Source of the DNA: a bacterium | Lineage (GTDB): Bacteria; Zhuqueibacterota; Zhuqueibacteria; Oceanimicrobiales; Oceanimicrobiaceae | Direction of reading: 5' to 3' | Assembly: GCA_046757525.1 (NCBI GenBank) | Contig: JBHHYI010000019.1 | Span: 1-38,118, forward strand | Length of the DNA: 38,118 nucleotides | Shown: one piece after another, positions 1 to 7,857 of the stretch | How positions within the stretch are numbered: position 1 is the first letter of the stretch | How the letters are laid out: the number at the start of each line of letters is the position of its first letter | Notes under the pieces: model-generated | Told to the model about the DNA's origin: nothing | The model's input: the letters and a program-made list of their open reading frames with translations, nothing else | Database searches by the model: none | Program-made: the position numbers and the translations under genes

Positions 1-75
1 CTCTTCCGTTGAAATCCTGGCAAGCGCCTCTTTCATGAACTCTTTGGCGCTTTCGCTGTCGACCACTTGACTCAT
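1..75 (-). CDS. 5' end of a CDS running off the window; by position probably the sHdr-associated hypothetical subunit (sHdrH)
   Basis: ATG at 75 with AGGGG RBS upstream; open frame MSQVVDSESAKEFMKEALARISTEE to the edge. Identity inferred only from the canonical order shdrC1-B1-A-H. Confidence 0.5.
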   Translation of the reverse strand, partial: MSQVVDSESAKEFMKEALARISTEE

Positions 76-154
76 AAGTTAGCCCCTAAGAATACTCTAT
101 GACAGAATACCGCAGACTTTCACGGCGCGGACGGAGCCGCACAACCAAAGCACA

Positions 155-208
155 CTCGTTCCCAATCTTCTGATTGGGAACGTCTTAATTTGCGAAACTC
201 TGTTTCGC
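155..208. repeat. REP-like double hairpin, left flank of RAYT
   Basis: CTCGTTCCCAATC..GATTGGGAACG plus GCGAAAC..GTTTCGC; inverted homolog of 803-855. Confidence 0.85.
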
Positions 209-226
209 CTATTCTGCGCCCACCAT

Positions 227-763
227 TCATAGCGGCAGCCTATTGATCTCGATAATGGAATGATCTCCCAAAAAATAATTCCTTGCTGAGCTGTACCGCC
301 AATGCTCCGGCTTGTCTACTAAACCACGTTTGACCGGATTATAATGAATGTACTCTATCTTTTGAATCAGCATTTCATCCGAAATAATGAGTTGTGGATG
401 AGACCCTTCCTGCCAAACTTGATAGTCGCTTTTGGTTTTGTATCGCTTCTTATAAAAAGCCAATTCTGTCAGCAGCCAATCTTTATGATCCTTCTTCAAT
501 GAGTTGATTACTTGTCGAGCCGTGAACTTTTTGAAAGAGCCAACTATCAGGGATAGCTCTGGACCAAACACCACAAGATGAAGGTGGTTATCTAATAGGA
601 CAAAAGCATATATCTCCAGATCTTTGTGATGTTGACAGAATTTCAAAGAGTCAATAAGGATTTCAAAGTATTTACCATGTGTGAAAACCGGCAGCCATTC
701 TACGATGGTGCAGGTTACAAAGTAGATGGCCTCTTTTTCTATGAATTTGTATCTACTCCTCAT
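227..763 (-). mobile_element. REP-associated tyrosine transposase (RAYT/TnpA-REP, Y1 HUH family)
   Basis: YFVTCT start, HUH motif NHLHL, FKKFTAR, VWQEG, YIHYNPVKRGLV, WRYSS; AT-rich; flanked by inverted REP hairpins. Confidence 0.92.
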
Positions 764-802
764 GACTTCTCATTTATAGTCATCAGTACGAGTGGCCAAG
801 AT

Positions 803-855
803 TTCGAAACGGAGTTTCTTGATTAATGCGTTCCAAAACAGAGTTTTGGAACGAG
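803..855. repeat. REP-like double hairpin, right flank of RAYT
   Basis: Reverse complement CTCGTTCCAAAACTCTGTTTTGGAACG..GAAACTCCGTTTCG matches 155-208 in structure and largely in sequence. Confidence 0.85.
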
Positions 856-867
856 AGACGCCTATGC

Positions 868-957
868 GCGAAAGCGGGAATCTATAACCCGTTGATTTTT
901 CTGGATTCCTGCTTCGGTCATCCGGCGGCTGCCGGACGACTGATTCGCAGGAATGAC
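868..957. repeat. GTCATTCC-type REP doublet with an internal extra hairpin
   Basis: GCGAAAGCGGGAATC..GGATTCCTGC..CGCAGGAATGAC; close to 15966-16022 but with TCCGGCGGCTGCCGGA hairpin inserted. Confidence 0.8.
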
Positions 958-1031
958 AAACTGTAGCTCTTTTTCGACTCTCTGGACAGCCCCACGAGAG
1001 TTTAATAACTCTATCCTTCGGACGGAGCCAC

Positions 1032-2084
1032 CTACTTGCCATTTTTGCGCACAGCGGTGATGGCTTTCATGACGGCTGCGCCTGCCATGGAAATGCTGTC
1101 CTCCAAATCGGCCGGCCCGGTGCAGGCGCCTGCGGCAAACACGCCCGGAACCGTGGTGGAAACCGTGTTCAGAGCGCCGCCGATGGTTTCAATGAAACGG
1201 TATTTGTTTTGTTTCAAGCCGAAGATCTTAGCCATTTGCTCGGTACCAGCGCTCGGTTCCATGCCAACGGACAGGACTACGATATCCATAGGAATTTCCA
1301 TGGGACGCCCTAAAGTCGTATCTTCGCCGCGCACCAGCAGCTTGTCGCCCTTCTGCAGAATTTCGGTGGCAATGCCTTTGACGTAGTTGACTTTGTACTT
1401 CTCTTGCGCTGGCCAGTAGATTTCATTCTCCCAGTAGCCGTACATGCGCATGTCGATGTAAAAGATAAACACCCGGCAATTCGGCACCTGTTGCCGAATT
1501 TCAATCGCTTCCTTGGAAGCAATCCCACAGCACACTTTGGAACAGTACTCGTTGCCAATCTGGCGATCTCGGGAGCCCACACACTGGATGAAGCACACGC
1601 GCTCCGGCACTTGCCCATTGGACGGACGAACGAATTTCTCGTTCTTCAGCATCTTCTCACAATCGACCAACGTGATGACATCATCGAATTCGTAATAGCC
1701 ATACTGCTGAGTTTCGCGGCCCGGATCAAAGTGTTGAAAACCTGTGCAAACGATCACCGCCCCGACATTGACTTTCTCGGAGCTTTTGGAGTTCTTGATC
1801 GTTATATTGAAGTCACCGAGGGACCCTTCGGCCGCGGTCACAGTCGACTTCAACTTAATCTCTACATTTTCATTATTATCAACGCCGGCAATCATTTCAT
1901 TCATGGCCTCTTCAGCACTGCGCAGATCCGGGGTTAAGGCAGCGTACTGAGCCTCGTCGGGGTTGCCTCCAAGTCGGTCTCTTTTTTCGACCAAAATGGC
2001 TTTGTAGCCCAGATCAGCAATGCCGCGGGTGGCTTCCAATCCGGCGGGACCGCCGCCAACAACAAGAATATCTTGATTAGGCAT
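1032..2084 (-). CDS. hdrA: sHdrA, flavoprotein subunit of sulfur-oxidizing Hdr-like complex
   Basis: VGGGPAG FAD motif, CVGSRD..YCSKVCC cluster motif, GVFAAG; about 350 aa with no ferredoxin insert. GGAGG favours ATG 2084 (alternative 2090). Confidence 0.92.
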   Translation of the reverse strand: MPNQDILVVGGGPAGLEATRGIADLGYKAILVEKRDRLGGNPDEAQYAALTPDLRSAEEAMNEMIAGVDNNENVEIKLKSTVTAAEGSLGDFNITIKNSKSSEKVNVGAVIVCTGFQHFDPGRETQQYGYYEFDDVITLVDCEKMLKNEKFVRPSNGQVPERVCFIQCVGSRDRQIGNEYCSKVCCGIASKEAIEIRQQVPNCRVFIFYIDMRMYGYWENEIYWPAQEKYKVNYVKGIATEILQKGDKLLVRGEDTTLGRPMEIPMDIVVLSVGMEPSAGTEQMAKIFGLKQNKYRFIETIGGALNTVSTTVPGVFAAGACTGPADLEDSISMAGAAVMKAITAVRKNGK

Positions 2085-3279
2085 CTGCATCCTCCCAGGT
2101 TAAGAATTGCTTTTCTCCACTCTTCAGTTTCTCGACAGCGTCTTCGAATTCCTTCCATTTAGCCTGCCAGTCGATTCCCAGTTTTTCTAACAATGGCTTG
2201 TTGTTCGTGTTGTGCCAGTGCAATTGCAGCACTTTATACAGATGGGCCCCCATGGCGAGAGCGGCGATTTGAGAATCGGACATGACGGGAATTCCCACTT
2301 CGCGACCGTGAGCCTTGGCCGCGAATTGACTCTGATCCAGTGTGGTGACACATCCGGTATCGTGCGTTACGGTCACATCTGGATTCACCTCTTTTTTCAT
2401 GACTTCAATTTTGCGCATGGTTGCAAAGGAACGAGAAAAATCTCTGGAAACCAGGATGTGGCGAAAGCCAAAACCGCAGCAGTCGTACCAGGTGGAATAG
2501 TCAGCAACATTGACTCCCAACGTCTTCAGCAAACCGGTGATAATTGCCGACCGCTGGGCCCCGTAGATTTCCGGGTCATAAATGGCATCTTCAGCGATGA
2601 GCTTGTGGTAATGGCAAGCCGGATGCACGGTGGCGGTGATGCTGCTCATGTCGATCACCTGGTGCTCGGCGATCTTATCGCGCACCGCGTGCACCCACTC
2701 GCTGTAATGGACGATCTCCTCCGGCATGACGAGCTTTTTACCCAGGCGCTTCATGATGTCGCGCACCTGGCGCCGCAGATCGTGATGATGAATCAGCTCG
2801 TGCCGCACTTCCTTGTAATGCCCAAAACTGGTGCCACAGTGAATGATGGGAAAGTAGCTGGTCTCTTCTGCCGCGGCGAAGTTCCGCATGGCCACACCGG
2901 CCTGAGCCGCTGGATTAGAAGTCGCCGAGGCATAATAGTTCCAGGCGGTACAGGAGGTCTGGTCTTTTGGATCCTGATAATCGAGATCAAGTTTTCGGTT
3001 TAACCAAAAAATAGACGTTGAGTAGCCCGGGATGTGTCCGCACTGGCCGCAGCTTTTGTGATGCCAGGTGTGCTCAAGCGGTATCTTCTTAATACGGCCG
3101 TACTTGTTTTCTACTTCAATATAAGGTTCGGGTACCCGCTGAACCTCCCACTCGCCTTCCTTTTCCAGTTGCAGAATGGCATCGTGGTAATCTTCGGTGG
3201 GTGCCTCATCAGGGTTCCATTTGAAGCCGCGTTCTTTAGCCGGCTTTATGACTTCATGCACAGGTATGTTTGCGCTCAT
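2077..3279 (-). CDS. hdrB1: sHdrB1 (CCG-domain subunit)
   Basis: KSCGQCGHIPG, QTSCTAW, HCGTSFG, HPACHY, DCCGFG, HDTGC; GAGGTG RBS before ATG 3279. Confidence 0.9.
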   Translation of the reverse strand: MSANIPVHEVIKPAKERGFKWNPDEAPTEDYHDAILQLEKEGEWEVQRVPEPYIEVENKYGRIKKIPLEHTWHHKSCGQCGHIPGYSTSIFWLNRKLDLDYQDPKDQTSCTAWNYYASATSNPAAQAGVAMRNFAAAEETSYFPIIHCGTSFGHYKEVRHELIHHHDLRRQVRDIMKRLGKKLVMPEEIVHYSEWVHAVRDKIAEHQVIDMSSITATVHPACHYHKLIAEDAIYDPEIYGAQRSAIITGLLKTLGVNVADYSTWYDCCGFGFRHILVSRDFSRSFATMRKIEVMKKEVNPDVTVTHDTGCVTTLDQSQFAAKAHGREVGIPVMSDSQIAALAMGAHLYKVLQLHWHNTNNKPLLEKLGIDWQAKWKEFEDAVEKLKSGEKQFLTWEDADA

Positions 3280-3322
3280 AATTTCACCTCTATTTGACAA
3301 ACGTTCCGCTGTAATTTAAGAT

Positions 3323-4027
3323 TTAATCAAACGTCTCCTCATACCCCGCTTCTTCAAGCCGTTCCTCCATCACATCCTGCAGGATCATGAAAAGACCTTC
3401 GTCTACTTCTTTAATCATGTCCATCACGCCGGTCATGTGCCAGATCAAATACAGCTCGATGATGGTCTTCTCATCTATAGACCAGCCGGTTTCTGTGGTG
3501 TGCAGGGTTTCCGGCGGCAAAGCTCTGCGCCAGAATTCGAGATTGTCGGAGATCTCCTGCACGTGGCCGCCCCAGTCGGGAAAGGCGTCCGGTTGCAGCA
3601 TGTCGGGCGCAACCTGGGTGCCGGTGGACATGATTTTGTAAATGATGCGGCCGTAGCCTTCGAGAGCGTCGCGAGCCGTTTGCAGGCCGTTGCGCACCGC
3701 CACCTCCCGCATGACGGTGATGAGGCCGCCGGGTGAGTTGTGGCGCGGGCAGCGATCACATGAAAAACACTGGGAGCAGTCCCAGATGCTGTCATTCATG
3801 AGCGTGTAAACCAGGTCGGCATCTTCGCGTGCCACGGCCTGCGCGATGACCCGCGGACTGAAATCGTAAAAGCGCGCCGACGGACACGCCGCCACACAGA
3901 TGCCGCACTCATAGCAACCGTAGAGCACGTCTTCGAAGCGAATATCCGCTTTCACCTCTTGAAACAGACGCTCCTTTTCTTCCACAGGCACGTCTTTGTA
4001 GTTGGTGCCGTTTAAATCAAGTGCCAT
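3323..4027 (-). CDS. hdrC1: sHdrC1, 2x[4Fe-4S] subunit
   Basis: CYECGICVAACP and CSQCFSCDRCP; directly upstream of hdrB1. Confidence 0.9.
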   Translation of the reverse strand: MALDLNGTNYKDVPVEEKERLFQEVKADIRFEDVLYGCYECGICVAACPSARFYDFSPRVIAQAVAREDADLVYTLMNDSIWDCSQCFSCDRCPRHNSPGGLITVMREVAVRNGLQTARDALEGYGRIIYKIMSTGTQVAPDMLQPDAFPDWGGHVQEISDNLEFWRRALPPETLHTTETGWSIDEKTIIELYLIWHMTGVMDMIKEVDEGLFMILQDVMEERLEEAGYEETFD

Positions 4028-4084
4028 AAGGTGTCTCCATTTTTGTAATTCCGGGCATGCTCGTGGTGAAGGGGTGAACCGGGC

Positions 4085-4555
4085 CTAATCCTCGAAGCCT
4101 TCCACGTGCTCACAGGCCTTTATGTCTTCTTTTTCGATTTTTTGACGATAAGCTTCCACCGCTGCATCGCCGGTTACCATGTCCTGCAATTCTTCGTCCA
4201 AATTAGCGGGCTTTAGCTTCAGCAGCCATCCTTGCTTGTAGGGACTGCTATTGATGAGTTGCGCATCTTCGCTTAACTTCTCATTGACTTCGACGATTTC
4301 TCCCGAGATGGGCGTTTTCACGGGGCCGACCCATTTGCTGCTTTCTACGGTGGCCAGGGGCCTGCCCTTGGGGCGGGCTGTGCCTACTTTCTTGACCCTG
4401 GCATGCAAAATAGGGCCAGCCATGTTTTGTGCTACGTCGGTCATGCCGACCGTTACGGTGCCATCGTCGTTCACCTGTGCCCAGGTGTGGTCTTCAACCG
4501 CATAGTGTAATTTCTTTAAAATCACACACCCTCGAATCTCCGCACGTTCTGACAT
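4085..4555 (-). CDS. lbpA: Lipoate-binding protein LbpA (GcvH-like)
   Basis: GcvH-type sequence, lipoyl-lysine motif VESSKWVG, terminal cysteines (IRGC, IKAC), sHdr context. Confidence 0.88.
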   Translation of the reverse strand: MSERAEIRGCVILKKLHYAVEDHTWAQVNDDGTVTVGMTDVAQNMAGPILHARVKKVGTARPKGRPLATVESSKWVGPVKTPISGEIVEVNEKLSEDAQLINSSPYKQGWLLKLKPANLDEELQDMVTGDAAVEAYRQKIEKEDIKACEHVEGFED

Positions 4556-4636
4556 TGCTCACGCTCCTTTTTAGAATCCCATATCCAAACAAGATGCTGA
4601 TCTTTTTGCAAAAGATTAGCGTCTGAAGGTCAGCGT

Positions 4637-5017
4637 TTAAAAATACATCACGTGGTCGGCGCTTAAGGCCAAATCGATAATACTGGTGGCGCCCAAAATC
4701 TCAACACCATCGATTAAATCCTCCTGCGTCATATCCCACAACGCCATGCTTTGCTGACAAACTCTAAGCTTGACCTCGGCATCCATAGCCTGTTCCAGCA
4801 TAGTCTTGAGGGTGACATCGCTGGTGGGGTCCAATTGAACCTGTTCAGCCGCCCCTTTTTTGAGTTGATTGGTGCCGTCCATGGTGAACCAAACCATGAC
4901 GTCCATCTCCATGGCAGCCGCAGCCATGGCATAGAATAAGGGGGAATAGGTTCTCCTCGGTGTTTCCACGCCATGCGTTTGAATGACCAGAATTTTTTTC
5001 CCTTCTAAATCTTCCAC
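4637..5017 (-). CDS. DsrE-family sulfur carrier
   Basis: AMAAAAM..VWFTMDG, RVCQQS cysteine; GTG start with AGGAG RBS. Confidence 0.82.
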   Translation of the reverse strand: MEDLEGKKILVIQTHGVETPRRTYSPLFYAMAAAAMEMDVMVWFTMDGTNQLKKGAAEQVQLDPTSDVTLKTMLEQAMDAEVKLRVCQQSMALWDMTQEDLIDGVEILGATSIIDLALSADHVMYF

Positions 5018-5052
5018 GGTTTGCTCCTAACGTTTTTTGAATATTCACCAAT

Positions 5053-5277
5053 TCACGCAATGGTACACGGCTTATCCGGATCTGCCAGAACAACCAAATA
5101 CTTCTTGTGCCAGTGCCAGGACTCGTCTTCCATGATGAAGTCGTGCAAGACGTCTTTGTCGGGACCGCTGGCCAGCAATCTCAATTTGGTTGGCGTGTTG
5201 TTTCTATTGGTTTCCACGATTTCTAACAACAGCCACTCCCCTGCTTTTTCGTGATAAAGCTGTGAGATTTCTTGCAC
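5053..5277 (-). CDS. Small hypothetical protein (start uncertain: GTG 5277 or 5307)
   Basis: Fills the gap between lipoate ligase and dsrE on the operon strand; protein-like sequence GEWLLLEIV..KYLVVLADPDKPC. Confidence 0.6.
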   Translation of the reverse strand: MQEISQLYHEKAGEWLLLEIVETNRNNTPTKLRLLASGPDKDVLHDFIMEDESWHWHKKYLVVLADPDKPCTIA

Positions 5278-5312
5278 GGCAAAAGTTGTATTCAGCCATC
5301 TGCGCACGACCT

Positions 5313-6392
5313 TCAACCTAATTTCTCGACATTTTGCGCCTGCAGGATGACTTCCACCCAATCTTCTGGCTCCACGCCCGGCGATTGTACACCGGCTGTC
5401 TGGTAAAAATTGTGTACCGTTTCGGCAAGCCTTGCCGAACTGATTTCCGTGTTCACCAGAGTTTTTTCCAGGGCTCGCAATTGCGATTGAGGATGAAAGG
5501 TGAAATCTCCGGAAAGGGAAATGTCGTCGATAAGATTGTTGCGTGAGCGCACCGTGGCACGAATCATCCCGCCTCGCGCTTTGAACTTGGTTTCATACAG
5601 CCAAACATCGTTGTGAATCTTCACCCCGTGGCGATTGAGGCCGCCTTTTTGAAACAGCCATTCCGACGAGGTGAATTTCGCATTGAGCTGTTCCATGGCT
5701 GCCAATTCTCTTTCAGTAAAGGTGCCCTGGACCAGCTTTTCTCCCAGCAACGCTTCACATTGCTCGATGTAGAGATCCTTGACCATCTCCAGGCTGGGCA
5801 CAGCCCCCAATTCTTTCTTCATGGTAGTCATGTATTCTTGCAGACTCTGGTAAATCTTGTCGCGGAATTTTTCGTTGGGCACCACCAGAACCCTGGCCAT
5901 CAACTCAAAATCGAAGTCGAACATCAAGCTGCCCACCACTACTTCCGCGTTACCAAGGGCACCCGCGCCGGTGCCCCCGATCTTTTTGTTGCGCACTTGG
6001 ATGTCGTTGATTGGACGATAATAAGCATCGATGCCCAGGGCTTGGTAGGTCTGAACCAGCGACCTGGAGTAGAATTCAAAGCGACGCTCAATCCGCATGG
6101 GCAAATGCCCTGCACTAAAGACCCACTGCGTAAAAAGCTGATTGGCATCTAAATAGACAGCGCCACCACCTACCTCCCTGCGCACTATGGGGATATTGTG
6201 AGCTTTACAAAAATTTACATCTACCTCTTTTTCCAAATCCTGATGATAGCCGATGCAAACGTACGGTTCTTCCGGACGAACCAGAATAACCGTGTCGGGC
6301 GTATCCTTGGTCCTGGCCCGCGCCACGCCGTGGTACACAGTTTGGGAGCGCAAATAGGGCACCGTGCCCGCATCGACTAAACGTATTGACAA
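5313..6392 (-). CDS. Lipoate:protein ligase, sLpl(AB)-type
   Basis: RREVGGGAVYLD, NDI..KKIGGTG, C-terminal accessory domain KARGGMIR..GDF; TTG start after GGAGG. Confidence 0.9.
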   Translation of the reverse strand: MSIRLVDAGTVPYLRSQTVYHGVARARTKDTPDTVILVRPEEPYVCIGYHQDLEKEVDVNFCKAHNIPIVRREVGGGAVYLDANQLFTQWVFSAGHLPMRIERRFEFYSRSLVQTYQALGIDAYYRPINDIQVRNKKIGGTGAGALGNAEVVVGSLMFDFDFELMARVLVVPNEKFRDKIYQSLQEYMTTMKKELGAVPSLEMVKDLYIEQCEALLGEKLVQGTFTERELAAMEQLNAKFTSSEWLFQKGGLNRHGVKIHNDVWLYETKFKARGGMIRATVRSRNNLIDDISLSGDFTFHPQSQLRALEKTLVNTEISSARLAETVHNFYQTAGVQSPGVEPEDWVEVILQAQNVEKLG

Positions 6393-6430
6393 CTGACTTC
6401 CTCCTCTGACAACAGTTTCGGTTGCAACAT

Positions 6431-6686
6431 GCCATTCCCGATTGTTTTAATTGCGGATCCTGCGTCTTATCTCCAATGGACTGCCGCCTAATGGTGCGGG
6501 AATGACGGAAACGGGCGACTGCTTCTATGAAACGCTCCTCTGGAGCGGAATCATAGTTTTTTTTCTTGAGCACAAAGGAGTCGTCCTGATTAGTCCCGAC
6601 CGGTTTTTGGTCGGGACGTATCGAAGGGCGACGCCCGTCACCGCTCGATACGGTCACTTGAGAAGCAGTGACCTACTCGGGATGAC
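6431..6686. repeat. Cluster of degenerate REP-like palindromes inside the operon
   Basis: CATTCCCG..CGGGAATG (6431-6506); GTCCCGACC..GGTCGGGAC and GGTCACT..AGTGACC hairpins within 6580-6686. Confidence 0.7.
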
Positions 6687-6746
6687 TCGCACAATGCTTC
6701 CAAGATCAGGGCTAATCGTTTCTTTGGGCCTCCCAATAGGGCACGC

Positions 6747-7769
6747 TTAACTTGCCTTCAATCCTTTCCTGACTTGTTTTCGCAGCTCCTTTTGAATCGA
6801 GCCAGGCATTTTCACGTTCTTCATAAAGGCCCATTTACCAGCGTCTTCAAAATACATCTTCATGCGGTACATCTCTTCCACCAGACGCACCTTGACTTCA
6901 CCACCCACTTTCGTGACCACGACTTCAATGGGGTAGGCAGCGGCGTAGGCCAATCCAGCGCATTTCAGCTCTTTGCGAGATTCATCGGAGCCGGCCTTTA
7001 CGATACGAAACGACTTGCTGTCCATGGGTGTGCCGGTGGTGCCAAAAACAACGGTGTCCTCTCCCGGCAGCTCGAGTTCGTAGACCAGATGCATGCCCCA
7101 TTTGTGACCAGGTTGACTCAGCCCTGCTTGTACTTTTGCTACCACGGCATCAAAATCACCGCTCTTGACAGCAGTTAGGTCTTCAATTCTGTCAACAAAA
7201 TCACCACCGGCCATGAGTCCCATGGTCTTATCAATATGCCCCTTTTTGCGGCGCTGTCCGTACTGCTTGTGGCTTTCGCTTCCTTGAACAGCGGCGGTGA
7301 TCATTTCCCGCAACGCCTGAAGATGGGCTTCGGTCATTTCTTCGTATGCAGAATCATCCATTAAAATGGTCCGGTTGATCGAATGCGGGTTGACCACAGC
7401 CACGTGCATGCCATTTTCGTCCTCGAACAGATTGACCCGGTCCACCACAGCAAATGGGCCGGTGATGCGATTGGCTTCCATGACTTGTTTGGCGTAAGCA
7501 GTGTCAAAGAGCACAAATACTCGAGCTTGATAACCACAATTCTTTGGTACGCCAGCATCGAATTTTGCCAGCACACGCCACCCGGCTTGACCGGCGCCGG
7601 TTTCGATTGCATTCGAAATCTCTCCAAAAGTACCTTGTGCGGATTCCACGACGTACTCGTAGACACCGTATTCTTTGCCCTCATTCTGATCTTGACCAAA
7701 CCCCGAGCCAGCGGCGATCAGTGGAAGCAAAATAACGCTTGCTACACAGAATAATCGTTTTGGCAACAT
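6747..7769 (-). CDS. Exported hypothetical protein, possibly two DUF302-like domains
   Basis: Signal-peptide-like N-terminus MLPKRLFCVASVILLPLIAAGSGFGQ; two similar alpha/beta halves; GGAGGG RBS. Confidence 0.7.
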   Translation of the reverse strand: MLPKRLFCVASVILLPLIAAGSGFGQDQNEGKEYGVYEYVVESAQGTFGEISNAIETGAGQAGWRVLAKFDAGVPKNCGYQARVFVLFDTAYAKQVMEANRITGPFAVVDRVNLFEDENGMHVAVVNPHSINRTILMDDSAYEEMTEAHLQALREMITAAVQGSESHKQYGQRRKKGHIDKTMGLMAGGDFVDRIEDLTAVKSGDFDAVVAKVQAGLSQPGHKWGMHLVYELELPGEDTVVFGTTGTPMDSKSFRIVKAGSDESRKELKCAGLAYAAAYPIEVVVTKVGGEVKVRLVEEMYRMKMYFEDAGKWAFMKNVKMPGSIQKELRKQVRKGLKAS

Positions 7770-7857
7770 GGCTTTCCCTCCCTATTTAAGAAGAGCAGGC
7801 TCTGGCAACCTGCGGAAATAGCGACCAGGCAAAACGCGCAGGGGTCGAGCACGTTCA

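Noticed and set aside
770..1042. 90-aa ORF between shdrA and RAYT
   Set aside because: It is a translation of REP palindromes with no protein-like features
1032..4027. Methanogen-type or Flx-Hdr heterodisulfide reductase
   Set aside because: Short HdrA without ferredoxin domain, C1-B1-A order and LbpA/TusA/DsrE context point to sHdr
4085..4555. Glycine cleavage H protein
   Set aside because: No gcvT/gcvP nearby; terminal Cys residues and context fit LbpA
6205..6750. ORFs 6205-6657 and 6451-6750
   Set aside because: They run through the palindrome cluster, and the first overlaps the ligase
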